Positions 8,527-19,746 of a DNA stretch of 64,000 nt are shown here, one piece after another; positions within the stretch are counted from its first letter, which is position 1; each line of letters starts with the position of its first letter. Both the position numbers and the translations under genes were made by a program. The notes below the pieces were generated by a model. It did not search any database. It was not told where the DNA came from and worked only from the letters and a program-made list of their open reading frames with translations. The stretch lies in assembly GCA_965248255.1 (NCBI GenBank), contig CBDFIW010000003.1:1088193-1152192 (forward strand), in the 5' to 3' direction. This DNA is from Bryobacterales bacterium. Its GTDB lineage: Bacteria > Acidobacteriota > Terriglobia > Bryobacterales > UBA6623.

Positions 8527-9028
8527 GGTTCTGCTCGGACAAGTCCCCGCCCGAGTGGGTCTTTACGAAGTGCGCCTTCGCCTCCGGTGTCCATTCCTTG
8601 GCAGACGTGACATGTTTGTAGCCGAGGTAAGCCTCCAACTCAGCAGCGGGCCAGCCTATCTCGACAAGCAGATGGGATAGTTTCGCTCGCTGCTCTTCCG
8701 AGATCTCAGGAACCGAAGGCTCTGGGTCCCCATCGTTGATCTTCTCACCGATGAGCAACTTAACGGCCGCGAGGCGTCGATTGCCTTCGATGACGTAGTG
8801 AGCGCCTGGTCGTTCCTGGTGCGGTCTGGCGATCATTGGGTCGGCCCGCACAAAGTCGCCACTCGATATCGCTTGCAGAAGGTCGTCAACTCCAATCGAG
8901 TCGACCAGATAGCGGTAGATCCTTTTCTGTGATGAACCGACCCCGGGTGGCAGTCGTGGGTTCTCGGGATCAAAGAGCAGTTCCTTGACCTCAAGCTCGG
9001 TCGTTTCTCTAGCCATGCGATTGCTCAC
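8525..9028 (-). pseudogene. ParB-like (ParB/Srx N-terminal domain) protein, N-terminal part
   Basis: LLFDPENPRL and HYVIEGNRRLAAVKLL resemble ParB-box motifs. The ORF runs into the IS end (LLTAA*). Confidence 0.65.
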
Positions 9029-9195
9029 CTCGGTCAGAAGAATTGTAACGCAGAACTCACCCCTCCGCGCTCACATCCTGCGGACGGTTGCCGCGGTTAG
9101 GGTACTGGCGTATGCTTTGGCTAGGCCGAGTTCGGGTTCCGGAGGCGGTGATTCGTTAGCGTTCCGGACGGAATGCCGATAGGCGGTCACTGTTC

Positions 9196-9243
9196 GGCTC
9201 AGAGATCCGCTCAGAGATCGGCTCAGGAATCGGCTTAGAAAGA
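9196..9243. repeat. four tandem 12-bp repeats (GGCTCAGAGATC consensus) just upstream of the 9254 start
   Basis: GGCTCAGAGATC CGCTCAGAGATC GGCTCAGGAATC GGCTTAGAAAGA, read directly from the sequence. Located in the divergent intergenic region. Confidence 0.8.
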
Positions 9244-9253
9244 GGACACGACG

Positions 9254-11518
9254 ATGCGATTGCGATTGCGACTGTACTCTCCGTTCTTACTCTCACTGCT
9301 GCTAGCACCTGTGCTGTTGGTCGAGTGGGCCTCGGCGCGGGCCGAGGTGGCGCTACAGCCGTTCGCCCAACAGGTGCGGCGGCTGGAGGACGCGCTGAAC
9401 TACGCAGGCCAGCCGCTGCCGGCGAAGCTTCATGCGCAGATCAACGAGGCGATGGCTCTCGAGGATGAGGGTGAGGCGGTGCGGCGGCTCCAGGAACTGC
9501 TCGATCCGCTGGTGCTGGTTGAGGTGGGCATCAACGCCGAAAGCCGCGTAAAAGTGCGGCAGGCCGCCGCCGAGCCGGTGCTTGTGGAAAAGGGTACGCG
9601 GCTGTTTCTAGTAAAAGTGCTCAACGACGCCGCCGTCACGGCGCCGCTCCAGGTCGAGAGCCCCAACAGCGGCCGGACGTCCCTGCGGTCGCGGGGCGAG
9701 AAAGAACCGAAGATGGAGCTGACCCAGCAACACGTCAAGGAGCGCTGGGCGAATATCGAGCTCTACAACCAACCACCCATGGCGGAGCGGCTGTCGGGCC
9801 TGGGAATCGAGTACCAGATCCTACAGATCTACAGCCGTGACCGCGGGCAGCGCTCGGCCAAGATCGCGTTCAACGTCGGCCAAGGGACGCAGGACATCGG
9901 TTTCCGCAATGACATTCTGGTGCTGTTCGACATCGAGCCCGCCCGGCCGCTGACGTTTCGCGTGAGGGACGAGAACGGCAAACCGTCGATCGGCGCCTTC
10001 GTTATCAAGGACCTGCAAGGCCGTATCTACCCCAACCCCTCGAAGCGCCTGGCGCCCGATTTCCCCTTCCAGCCGCAGGTCTATCGCGCCGACGGGGAGA
10101 TTGTCCGTCTGCCTGATGGCTACTACACGATTCAGTATGACGGCGGCCCCGAATTCTACACGCGGACGAAAGAGCTGCCGATCAACGACAGCTCGCCCGA
10201 TGAACTCTCGTTCCAGCTTCAGCGCTGGATCGATCCGTCGAAGTACGGCTGGTGGTCGGGCGACCACCACGTGCACGCCGCGGGCTGTTCGCACTACAAG
10301 AACCCGACCGAGGGCGTATTGCCCCAGGACATGATTCGCCAGGTGCTGGGCGAGAACTTGAATATCGGGGCGGTGCTGACTTGGGGACCCTCGTGGTACT
10401 ACCAGAAGCAGTTCTTCAGCAGCCAAGACAATCAGTTGTCGAAAGCCGAGCGCATCATGCATTACGACGTCGAGGTCTCGGGCTTCCCGTCGAGTCACGC
10501 CGGGCACTTGGTCTTGCTGGGGCTCAACGAAGATGACTACCCCGGTACGACGCGCGTCGACGAGTGGCCATCTTGGGACCTGCCGGTGCTGCAGTGGGGC
10601 AAGTCGCAGGGCGGCGTGGTCGGCTTTTCTCATTCGGGCTGGGGCCTGCAGGTGCGAAGCGACAAGCTTCCAAACTATGAGATGCCGGGCTTTGACGGCA
10701 TCGGCGCGAACGAATACGTCGTTGACGTGACGCACGACGCCGTCGACTTCATTTCCGCTGTCGACACGCCGTCGGTCTGGGAGTTGAACGTCTGGTACCA
10801 CACGTTGAGCGCCGGCTTTCGCGCGCGCATCAGCGGGGAGACCGATTTCCCCTGCATCTACGACGACAAGGTGGGGCTCGGACGCAGCTACGTCAAGCTC
10901 GACAAGCTCAGCTATCGCGGCTGGATTGACGGCATTCGCGACGGGCGCAACTACGTCAGCGACGGGAAAAGCCACTTGATTGACTTCACCGTAAACGGGG
11001 TGGAACTGGGCACGAACCAGAGCGAGGTGCAGATCAAGGCGGGCGAGAAGGTGCACGTCGCAGTGAAGGCGGCGGCGTTCCTGCCGCGCTATCCCGACCC
11101 GAAGTTCGCCACCTTGCGGTTCGACGAGAAGCCCTACTGGGACGTCGAGCGGGCGCGCATCCCGAACACGCGCGAGGTGCCGGTGGAGTTGGTCGTGAAC
11201 GGTGAGTCGGTGGCGACACAAAACCTCCTGGCCGATGGGCAGGTCCGCGAGGTGACGTTCGACGTACCGATCAAGAAGAGCAGTTGGGTTGCGCTACGTA
11301 TCTTCCCGTCGTCGCACACGAACCCAGTGTTCGTGATCGTGGACGGCAAGCCGGTTCGTGCGTCCCGCCGTAGCGCTGAATGGTGTCTGGCCGCGGTCAA
11401 CCAGTGCTGGACACAGAAGTCCCCGAGGATCCGGCCCGAGGAACGTGAAGAGGCCCGCAAGGCCTACGACCATGCACGGAAGGTTTACCGGCAGCGTATC
11501 GCCGAGGCGGTTCCGTAG
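9254..11518 (+). CDS. secreted metallohydrolase, CehA/McbA-like (PHP superfamily)
   Basis: N-terminal signal-like LYSPFLLSLLLAPVLLVEWASA. WWSGDHHVHAAGCSHY histidine cluster typical of PHP-type hydrolases. Confidence 0.5.
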   Translation: MRLRLRLYSPFLLSLLLAPVLLVEWASARAEVALQPFAQQVRRLEDALNYAGQPLPAKLHAQINEAMALEDEGEAVRRLQELLDPLVLVEVGINAESRVKVRQAAAEPVLVEKGTRLFLVKVLNDAAVTAPLQVESPNSGRTSLRSRGEKEPKMELTQQHVKERWANIELYNQPPMAERLSGLGIEYQILQIYSRDRGQRSAKIAFNVGQGTQDIGFRNDILVLFDIEPARPLTFRVRDENGKPSIGAFVIKDLQGRIYPNPSKRLAPDFPFQPQVYRADGEIVRLPDGYYTIQYDGGPEFYTRTKELPINDSSPDELSFQLQRWIDPSKYGWWSGDHHVHAAGCSHYKNPTEGVLPQDMIRQVLGENLNIGAVLTWGPSWYYQKQFFSSQDNQLSKAERIMHYDVEVSGFPSSHAGHLVLLGLNEDDYPGTTRVDEWPSWDLPVLQWGKSQGGVVGFSHSGWGLQVRSDKLPNYEMPGFDGIGANEYVVDVTHDAVDFISAVDTPSVWELNVWYHTLSAGFRARISGETDFPCIYDDKVGLGRSYVKLDKLSYRGWIDGIRDGRNYVSDGKSHLIDFTVNGVELGTNQSEVQIKAGEKVHVAVKAAAFLPRYPDPKFATLRFDEKPYWDVERARIPNTREVPVELVVNGESVATQNLLADGQVREVTFDVPIKKSSWVALRIFPSSHTNPVFVIVDGKPVRASRRSAEWCLAAVNQCWTQKSPRIRPEEREEARKAYDHARKVYRQRIAEAVP

Positions 11519-11524
11519 GGAAAA

Positions 11525-11557
11525 GCCGCGGATCTAAAAACCGAGATCCGCGCTACG
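11525..11557. terminator. 33-nt hairpin repeat, copy 2, between convergent genes (possible bidirectional terminator/REP)
   Basis: GCCGCGGATCTAAAAACCGAGATCCGCGCTACG, 7 nt after the stop at 11518 and 12 nt before the stop of the minus-strand gene at 11569. Confidence 0.5.
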
Positions 11558-11568
11558 CGGCTACGAGC

Positions 11569-12650
<1,082 letters not shown>

Positions 12651-12745
12651 GGTTTGAATACGCCAATGAAGTGAAGCGGCGGCGATTCTCCGCGAGGCGG
12701 GCGAAGCGGTGTGATAGAATCGGCCACTTCGACAAGGGCTCTGCG

Positions 12746-13120
12746 ATGAAACGGGTGGAATGGGTCCTCAGGATTGCTCTGTGTGGCGAGTTTCTGGGGC
12801 ATGGGATCTTTGCTTTTCGGGGTGCTCCTCATTTCCAGCAATTGCTGACCGGATCACTTGGGATCACAACCGAAGCGGCGGCCGCCGTCCTGCCCGTGAT
12901 CGGCGTCATTGACTTCGTGGTCGCGGCTCTGGCCCTGGCGAAGCCGCTGAGGATCGTACTTCTCTACGCCGCGCTGTGGGGTTTGCTGACCGGGCTGGCT
13001 CGTCCTGCTGCCGGGCGGGAGGTGTGGGACTTTGTCGAGCGCTGGCCGAATTGGGGCGTGCCGCTGGCGCTGCTTTACGTTCGTGGTTTCCCTCAGAAAC
13101 GCGGTGACTGGCTGCGGTAG
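12746..13120 (+). CDS. small integral membrane protein
   Basis: ATG at 12746 (MKRVEWVLRIALCGEFLGHGIF...). About four hydrophobic segments. The longer ORF from 12575 overlaps the neighbouring gene. Confidence 0.5.
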   Translation: MKRVEWVLRIALCGEFLGHGIFAFRGAPHFQQLLTGSLGITTEAAAAVLPVIGVIDFVVAALALAKPLRIVLLYAALWGLLTGLARPAAGREVWDFVERWPNWGVPLALLYVRGFPQKRGDWLR

Positions 13121-13166
13121 CCGGCTCGTGTGCAGGTAGCTTCGGCCCGCACGCAAACGCCGTGAT

Positions 13167-15530
13167 ATGATTCCTCGCATGCGCCGCGCCGCGTTCGGTC
13201 TGTTCGTCGTTCTAACCTCATCCTTTCCCTTGGCAGGGCAGCATCTGCCCTACGGGATGGTCGTGAATGTCGACCATCACGGGCTGGCGCATCAGGGGAC
13301 GTTCGACCTGCATCCAGATGGACCTATTACGTACGTTTGGAATACCTACCGGGCGAGTCACGAGCGGATCTACAGCACGCGCTTCGAGAACGCACGCCGC
13401 GCTCACGCTCAGCAACTGACCGCCGGCGCCGGCATTTACTATCGGCCGCTGTTTGTCGCCACCGGCGAGCGGTCGGGCTGGGTGTTCTGGCAGGCGGAAC
13501 GAAACGGGCTTTGGGTGATCATCGGCAGGCGTCTGGACGAGGGCTTCTGGCAGCCCATTGAAACGATCAGCCCGGCCGGCCAAAACTCACTGTTCCCTTC
13601 CGTGACCGCCCATGACGGCGGAGTCGCTGTAGCTTGGGAAGATCATTCGAGCGTGCCGCAACGCATTCAAATCCGTACGTGGGACGGGCGGAGTTGGCAG
13701 GCGTCGGCGACGGTTTCAGGGCCGCGGAAACCGGCCTACCGGCCAGCCTTGGCCGCCACGGATGGCGGTGAGCTGTGGTCGTTTTGGGACCGCTACGAAG
13801 GACGGAACTACGCGGTGTATGGGAGACGGGTTGCTCCCGATCACGGTCCGATCGAGCGTCTCTCGCCGCCCGGAAAGAGCTGCCTCAAAGCGGTTGCCAT
13901 CTACGGCGCGGATACCGGTCTGGTCGCGGCTTGGGTCGCGAACATCGACGTCATCGGCGGCGAGGGAGCCATCGACCAGTGGAATACGCTTCAAGGCGCA
14001 CGCCGCGAGAACGGCAAGTGGAGGGTGTTCGAGAAGGACGGCTTCGAGCAGGACGGGGTGCGGGATCTCGCCGACCTCAGCCACGGTTTGCTCTTTCCCA
14101 TGGAGCCCGAACCGAGCACCGTCACCGGATACTCCGGCCGCCGCCGCCACCCGATGCTGATCGAGAACTCCGGTCAAGTCTGGCTGCTGTGGGAACACAA
14201 GATGGTCATTCATCGCAGCACTGAGCCGGGCGAGCTGTTCGGCATGCGGTTTGACGGGAAGAAATGGTCCAGACCGCTTCGCGTCCACTCGGGCCTGGTC
14301 CAGTACGAAGTGCCCACGAGCCGCCGGGCCGTTGGAGGCGAGCTGACGATTCTCGGCCTCGATCGTCAGCACAGCTACCGCACGTCCCGCGTCGAACTCG
14401 GGAAGGCGGCGCCCATCCGTGTACCGTCGAGCGTCGCGGGCTGGAAACGGCAAGAGCTTCCGCTGCGCGATTTCGGTCCGCGGCGTTCGATCGAGATCGA
14501 CGGCAAGACGCACTATTTGTACTGGGGCGATCTGCACGTCCACAGCACGCTCACGCAGGACGCCGAGGGCGAGCCCGATGAGCTGCTACACTATGCCCGC
14601 GACAAGGCCAAGATCGACGTCATGGTCATGCAGGAGAACGACGCCTCCTCTTGGCTGGACGCCGGCGCCCAAGGCGCGTATCGAGGCGGCATGTTGCCGG
14701 AAGCGTGGTATCGCATCGGCGTTTACCTCAGCCGCAAGCACACCGAGCCGGGGCGCTTCATTGCGCTGCCCGGGTGGGAGTGGTCGGACCGCACCGACGA
14801 CAAGCGGCCCAACCACCGCACCGTGATCTTCGCCGGGGACGAAACACCGATCATCCGGCACGCCGAGAACGATGGCGACTTCGACGAGCTGTGTGATCTG
14901 GTCGAGGCGGCAGGCGGCGTGATGAACACCCAGCACCCGCACTTTCGACTGACCCGACGGCCATGCGACGGGAACATCGAGGTGGCGTCCGGGTGGAGGG
15001 TTTTCATCAACCGGCCGGAGAAGATTCACCGCGACCTGTCGGCCGGTTTCAAGGTCGGGTTCGTTGCCACGAGCGACGGTCACCGCCGCGACCCCGGTAC
15101 CGGCGGCGGCCTGACTGGCATCTACGCGCCGGAGCTAACACCACAGGCCATCCTCGATGCCATCAAGGACCACCGTGTTTTCGCGACGAACGGCTCACGC
15201 ATCGAGATCGATGCCCGCGCCAACGGGGTCTTTATGGGACAAGATGTCGAGACCGATGGCGGGGTCGCGCTCTCGCTCGATGTCCGAACGCCGCGTCCCA
15301 TCGTGCGTGTGGTGTTGGTCAGGGATGGTGACGAGATCCTGGTGGTGCCTGGTGAGAATCAGAAGGAGCTAAAGAAGGGCCACATCGACCGGCCGTCGGA
15401 AGGTTTCCATTGGTACTACTGGCGGATCGAAATCGAGGGCACGTCGCCCAACTACCCCGGCAATTTGAAGGTCGCCGAAGGCCATCTGGCGTGGTCCAGT
15501 CCGCACCGGGTCTACTCAATGAGTGAGTGA
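13167..15530 (+). CDS. secreted two-domain protein with C-terminal PHP/DUF3604-like metallohydrolase domain
   Basis: Signal-like N-terminus (AAFGLFVVLTSSFPLAG). YWGDLHVHSTLTQDAEGEPDELLHYARDKAKIDVMV is a PHP-type motif. HRRDPGTGGG lies further downstream. Confidence 0.5.
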   Translation: MIPRMRRAAFGLFVVLTSSFPLAGQHLPYGMVVNVDHHGLAHQGTFDLHPDGPITYVWNTYRASHERIYSTRFENARRAHAQQLTAGAGIYYRPLFVATGERSGWVFWQAERNGLWVIIGRRLDEGFWQPIETISPAGQNSLFPSVTAHDGGVAVAWEDHSSVPQRIQIRTWDGRSWQASATVSGPRKPAYRPALAATDGGELWSFWDRYEGRNYAVYGRRVAPDHGPIERLSPPGKSCLKAVAIYGADTGLVAAWVANIDVIGGEGAIDQWNTLQGARRENGKWRVFEKDGFEQDGVRDLADLSHGLLFPMEPEPSTVTGYSGRRRHPMLIENSGQVWLLWEHKMVIHRSTEPGELFGMRFDGKKWSRPLRVHSGLVQYEVPTSRRAVGGELTILGLDRQHSYRTSRVELGKAAPIRVPSSVAGWKRQELPLRDFGPRRSIEIDGKTHYLYWGDLHVHSTLTQDAEGEPDELLHYARDKAKIDVMVMQENDASSWLDAGAQGAYRGGMLPEAWYRIGVYLSRKHTEPGRFIALPGWEWSDRTDDKRPNHRTVIFAGDETPIIRHAENDGDFDELCDLVEAAGGVMNTQHPHFRLTRRPCDGNIEVASGWRVFINRPEKIHRDLSAGFKVGFVATSDGHRRDPGTGGGLTGIYAPELTPQAILDAIKDHRVFATNGSRIEIDARANGVFMGQDVETDGGVALSLDVRTPRPIVRVVLVRDGDEILVVPGENQKELKKGHIDRPSEGFHWYYWRIEIEGTSPNYPGNLKVAEGHLAWSSPHRVYSMSE

Positions 15531-15533
15531 GGG

Positions 15534-15995
15534 CTATTTCTTTGGGATCAGACTCTGCTCTGCCCAGAGATCCAACTGCCTGCGCAGGGTCTGAGCCAGT
15601 TTCGACCCGGGCTTGAGCCTGATCAGCGACTCGAACTGTTGCGCCGCCGCGGTGTAATCCTTCCGGTCGGCATAGATCATCCCGAGTACATAGTGTGTTT
15701 GAGGGAATGCCGATGCTCCGTCGCTCTTCTGCACGTGTAGAGCCGAGTTGAGCGCGTCGTCGAGGCGGTCGAGATAGAGACACGAGATCGCGTGTGCGAA
15801 GCGCACCTCAGTCATTCTCGGGTCAAGCTTGACTGCGTGTTCGGCAAGTGCGGCGACTTCTTTCCATCGAGACTGGGCCATCTCGATTCGGATCAGCGGT
15901 AGGTACGGCGGCAGATAGTCCTTGTCGCCCTCAACGGCCTTTCGAAAGGTTTTCCTAGCCCAGCCCGTCTGTTTTTTGCTTAGGCTACCTTGCCC
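15534..15995 (-). pseudogene. TPR protein, C-terminal fragment without start codon
   Basis: The frame is open from ~15995 (…VRIKGQGSLSKKQTGWARKTFRKAVEGDKDYLPPYLPLIRIEMAQSRWKEV…LDP…). TPR-like helices. Probably the tail of the gene whose head is at 19746. Confidence 0.5.
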
Positions 15996-16052
15996 TTTTA
16001 TGCGGACATCTGTGTGGACGCGGAGTCTACCTCCAGTTTACAGTTTGAGCTT

Positions 16053-16783
16053 TCATGGTCCCTGGAACCTGACGGTCACTGTGTTAGCTTGTTTGCCGTC
16101 TACGGCGACGAGGATGTCCACTTCGCCACTGGCACCTAGGGCTCTGGGCAGCGGTCCAAGGTTGACCTGATCCAGACCTATGAATTGGCCCTGGGCCACA
16201 GGGTCCGCAACATCCACAACCCTACCACCCACGGTGGCGGTGGCGCCTGTCGTCGCGCCGCGCATTCCCGTTCCGAAGAGGACCAGGAAAAGCCGGTCGC
16301 CTTCGGGGCCGAAGTCCATAGGCAGAGCGGTTCGCTCGCCCAAGGGCGCACTGGAGTCAAAGACTAGTTCAGTGGTCTGCGTACCGTCGGGAGCGACTCT
16401 CACGATGAAAGCAGCAGCTACGCCTTGCCCACTGGCGTTTGCAGTAAAGATACCCGGAGCTACGTCCTCGACCCCTACCGTACCAGTCGCCACGACCTCG
16501 GCGTTAACGGTTACGGTAACTGATCCAAGCCCGGTTTTGGTGCCCTCAGGAATCAAGAAATTGGCCTGACGCGGGGAAACAAAGAAGAGAGGAGCTGCCC
16601 GTTCCAGTCCGTCACTGCCCTTGACGCGCACCGAGGTGCCGGCGAGCTCAACCGGCAGCGGCACTTGCGCAACCCCCACCGTGGTGGTCGCCAACCCCTG
16701 TCCAAAGCCGCTAACGATCGACCCGGGAGCGACGCTAAGGGCCCCGCTCGCAGCCGAAACCGTGGCCACCGCAGGCAGGCCTA
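16053..16783 (-). pseudogene. TIGR03437-type (Solibacter-like) C-terminal domain protein, 3' part, truncated by IS630 copy 2
   Basis: VAPGSIVSGFGQGLA...LPVELAGTSVRVKG...APLFFVSPRQANFLIP...APGIFTANASGQG...GLDQVN pattern. The frame runs into the IS left end. Confidence 0.6.
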
Positions 16784-17879
16784 TTGAATCCCGCAAATTA
16801 TTATGACACTTTTTGATAGTGTGGAGCATCTATATATGTATGGGCAACCCCAAAGGTGTGAAGCGGGATTTCAAGGCGCTGGAGAAGCGCCGTTTCGAAG
16901 CGATGCGGCTGCTCCACCAAGGCCACAATCAGTCCGAGACGGCGAGACGGCTGAACGTCGCTCGCCAAACCGTCAGTGAGTGGCGGCGGCAATACCGCGA
17001 GCAGGGTGCGGCCGGACTCCGCCAGGCCGGGCGCGCCGGACGCAAGCCGCTCCTCGATGCCGCACAACGCGAACGCCTGACGTCGCTGCTGCTGGAAGGC
17101 CCGGAAGCCCACGGCTTCCCAACGCCCCTGTGGAGCTGTCCGCGGGTGGCTCGGCTGACCGGAGACGAGTTCGGGGTCGCATACCACGCAGGCCACGCCT
17201 GGAAGATCCTGCGAGCGCTCGACTGGAGCCCGCAACGCCCGGCCGGAAAGGCGCGCGAGCGCAACGAAGAGCGGATCCGCACCTGGAAGCGCAAGACCTG
17301 GAAGCGCATTAAAAAAAAGCCCAAAACGAAGGCCGTACGCTCGTCTTCATCGACGAAAGCGGATTGAGTCAGAAGCCGCATCGCTGCCGCACCTGGGCGC
17401 CACGTGGCCAAACACCGGTGCTGCAGTTTAACTTCAACTGGGAGAAGCTTTCCGTCTCGGCGGGGCTGACGCTGCGTAACTTCTACTTCCGGCTCTATCC
17501 CGGTGCGATCGGCAAAGAGCAAGTGATCGACTTTCTCAAGGCGTTGGTACGTCATATCGATCGCCCGCTGCTGATCGTCTGGGATCGGCTGCCGGCGCAC
17601 CGTAGCCGCCTGGTGCAAGAGTTCATCGAACTCTCCGAAGGCCACATCGCAACCGAGTACTTGCCACCCTATGCGCCGGAGTTGAATCCGGTGGAATACA
17701 TCTGGGCTTACTGGAAGCAGCACGAGTTGCCGAACGTCTGTCCGAAAGACTACGGCGAGCTGAACGAGCGGGCCCGCAAGGCACTCCGCCGCATGTACCG
17801 CAAACCGCGTTTGATCACGGTCTTCTGGAAACAGTCTTCTCTTTGTTTTGACTGACTCTATATTATGCGGGAGTCAATA
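16782..17879 (+). mobile_element. IS630-family insertion sequence, copy 2
   Basis: Same ends and TA flanks as copy 1. Three substitutions were noticed relative to copy 1 (MIVW vs MTVW, EQVI vs EQVT, ITVF vs ITAF). A8 tract at 17311-17318. Confidence 0.9.
16840..17855 (+). CDS. IS630-family transposase (two frames, A8 slippery tract)
   Basis: Same arrangement as copy 1. Confidence 0.8.
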
Positions 17880-18343
17880 ATGTCTGCCTTGGCACAATTT
17901 TGTCGAATTCGTCTGTAACAGGGATTGCCGATTGGGATGTCCGGCACAGGCATGGTACTCCTTTTCTCGTCCCGAGGTCAACGACGGTGCGCCCGAGAGC
18001 AATGCGGCGACAGGGTTGAGGTGTCCCAATGACCTTAGACGGATCGTCCCGAGAGAATGCCAAGCGACCGCGAACTCAGGGTGAAACTCAACGGCTTTCT
18101 CGAGCCGCTTCACGGCCTGTTCGAGGTCGGGCTTTTTCTTTAGAAGCTCTGCTTCAGTCCTTTCGTAGGCTTTCTTGGCTTCCGGCGGCACATTGAACGT
18201 CGTGACACTAACGAATCGGCCCGATTGCTGGACCGCCCGAAGCACAATGATTCCGATGTCGGCTTGGTCAAAGCTCAGGACCCCCAGCACACGTGGCTGC
18301 GCCTGGAAGCCGGGAAGGATGGCGCGGACGTCGCATCTACCTA
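17878..18343 (-). pseudogene. internal fragment of CarboxypepD_reg/TPR protein trapped between IS copies 2 and 3
   Basis: ...GRCDVRAILPGFQAQPRVLGVLSFDQADIGIIVLR...PPEAKKAYERTEAELLKKKPDLEQAVKRLEKAVEFHPEFAVAWHSLG. Joins in frame to 19440.. across copy 3. Confidence 0.6.
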
Positions 18344-19439
18344 TTGAATCCCGCAAATGATTATGACACTTTTTGACAGTGTGGAGCATCTATATATGTA
18401 TGGGCAACCCCAAAGGTGTGAAGCGGGATTTCAAGGCGCTGGAGAAGCGCCGTTTCGAAGCGATGCGGCTGCTCCACCAAGGCCACAATCAGTCCGAGAC
18501 GGCGAGACGGCTGAACGTCGCTCGCCAAACCGTCAGTGAGTGGCGGCGGCAATACCGCGAGCAGGGTGCGGCCGGACTCCGCCAGGCCGGGCGCGCCGGA
18601 CGCAAGCCGCTCCTCGATGCCGCACAACGCGAACGCCTGACGTCGCTGCTGCTGGAAGGCCCGGAAGCCCACGGCTTCCCAACGCCCCTGTGGAGCTGTC
18701 CGCGGGTGGCTCGGCTGACCGGAGACGAGTTCGGGGTCGCATACCACGCAGGCCACGCCTGGAAGATCCTGCGAGCGCTCGACTGGAGCCCGCAACGCCC
18801 GGCCGGAAAGGCGCGCGAGCGCAACGAAGAGCGGATCCGCACCTGGAAGCGCAAGACCTGGAAGCGCATTAAAAAAAAGCCCAAAACGAAGGCCGTACGC
18901 TCGTCTTCATCGACGAAAGCGGATTGAGTCAGAAGCCGCATCGCTGCCGCACCTGGGCGCCACGTGGCCAAACACCGGTGCTGCAGTTTAACTTCAACTG
19001 GGAGAAGCTTTCCGTCTCGGCGGGGCTGACGCTGCGTAACTTCTACTTCCGGCTCTATCCCGGTGCGATCGGCAAAGAGCAAGTGACCGACTTTCTCAAG
19101 GCGTTGGTACGTCATATCGATCGCCCGCTGCTGATCGTCTGGGATCGGCTGCCGGCGCACCGTAGCCGCCTGGTGCAAGAGTTCATCGAACTCTCCGAAG
19201 GCCACATCGCAACCGAGTACTTGCCACCCTATGCGCCGGAGTTGAATCCGGTGGAATACATCTGGGCTTACTGGAAGCAGCACGAGTTGCCGAACGTCTG
19301 CCCGAAAGACTACGGCGAGCTGAACGAGCGGGCCCGCAAGGCACTCCGCCGCATGTACCGCAAACCGCGTTTGATCACGGCCTTCTGGAAACAGTCTTCT
19401 CTTTGTTTTGACTGACTCTATATTATGCGGGAGTCAATA
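18342..19439 (+). mobile_element. IS630-family insertion sequence, copy 3
   Basis: Same ends and TA flanks as copy 1. One substitution in the left inverted repeat (CAAATGATTATG vs CAAATTATTATG). A8 tract at 18871-18878. Confidence 0.9.
18400..19415 (+). CDS. IS630-family transposase (two frames, A8 slippery tract)
   Basis: Same arrangement as copy 1. Confidence 0.8.
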
Positions 19440-19746
19440 GGTTGCGATAACCTCCGCCACCCACAGCGCCTCGTGTCGTGCCGGCTTCACGCGGCCGCGA
19501 AACCGTCGCGTCGATCAAGGGGGGATTCGCATCGCCTCTGATCCGGAAAGAAAATCTGCCCCGCGAATCGGTTTTCGTCTCGACATTCCGGCGCCCCGGA
19601 CAATGCCGTTCGATCACGGCGGGTTCGGGTGGCGGCGAACCGTCGGGCACGACCACACGGCCGGTGATGGTGAAGGGACTCTCGGCGAAGAGAGGTAGGG
19701 AGGCTAGAACAGCGACAGCCATCGTAAGTCGGCTGTAGAAGCACAT
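19438..19746 (-). pseudogene. N-terminal fragment (signal peptide + carboxypeptidase-regulatory-like domain) of the TPR protein
   Basis: MAVAVLASLPLFAESPFTITGRVVVPDGSPPPEP...TDSRGRFSFRI. Interrupted by IS copy 3 at the TA at 19438-19439. Confidence 0.6.

Noticed and set aside
9821-11221. Long antisense or alternative-frame ORFs typical of high-GC DNA. Examples: 9821..11221(-), 13716..14543(-), 21055..21873(-), 23242..24003(-), 24340..25437(-), 25674..26762(-), 43541..44461(-), 44912..45811(+), 54484..55263(-), 56044..56901(-), 57686..58372(-), 62678..63463(-), and 7576..8370(-) with its IS copies.
   Set aside because: Each lies fully inside a better-supported gene on the other strand or frame. 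Their translations are Arg/Pro/Gly/Ala-rich and low complexity with no recognisable motifs.
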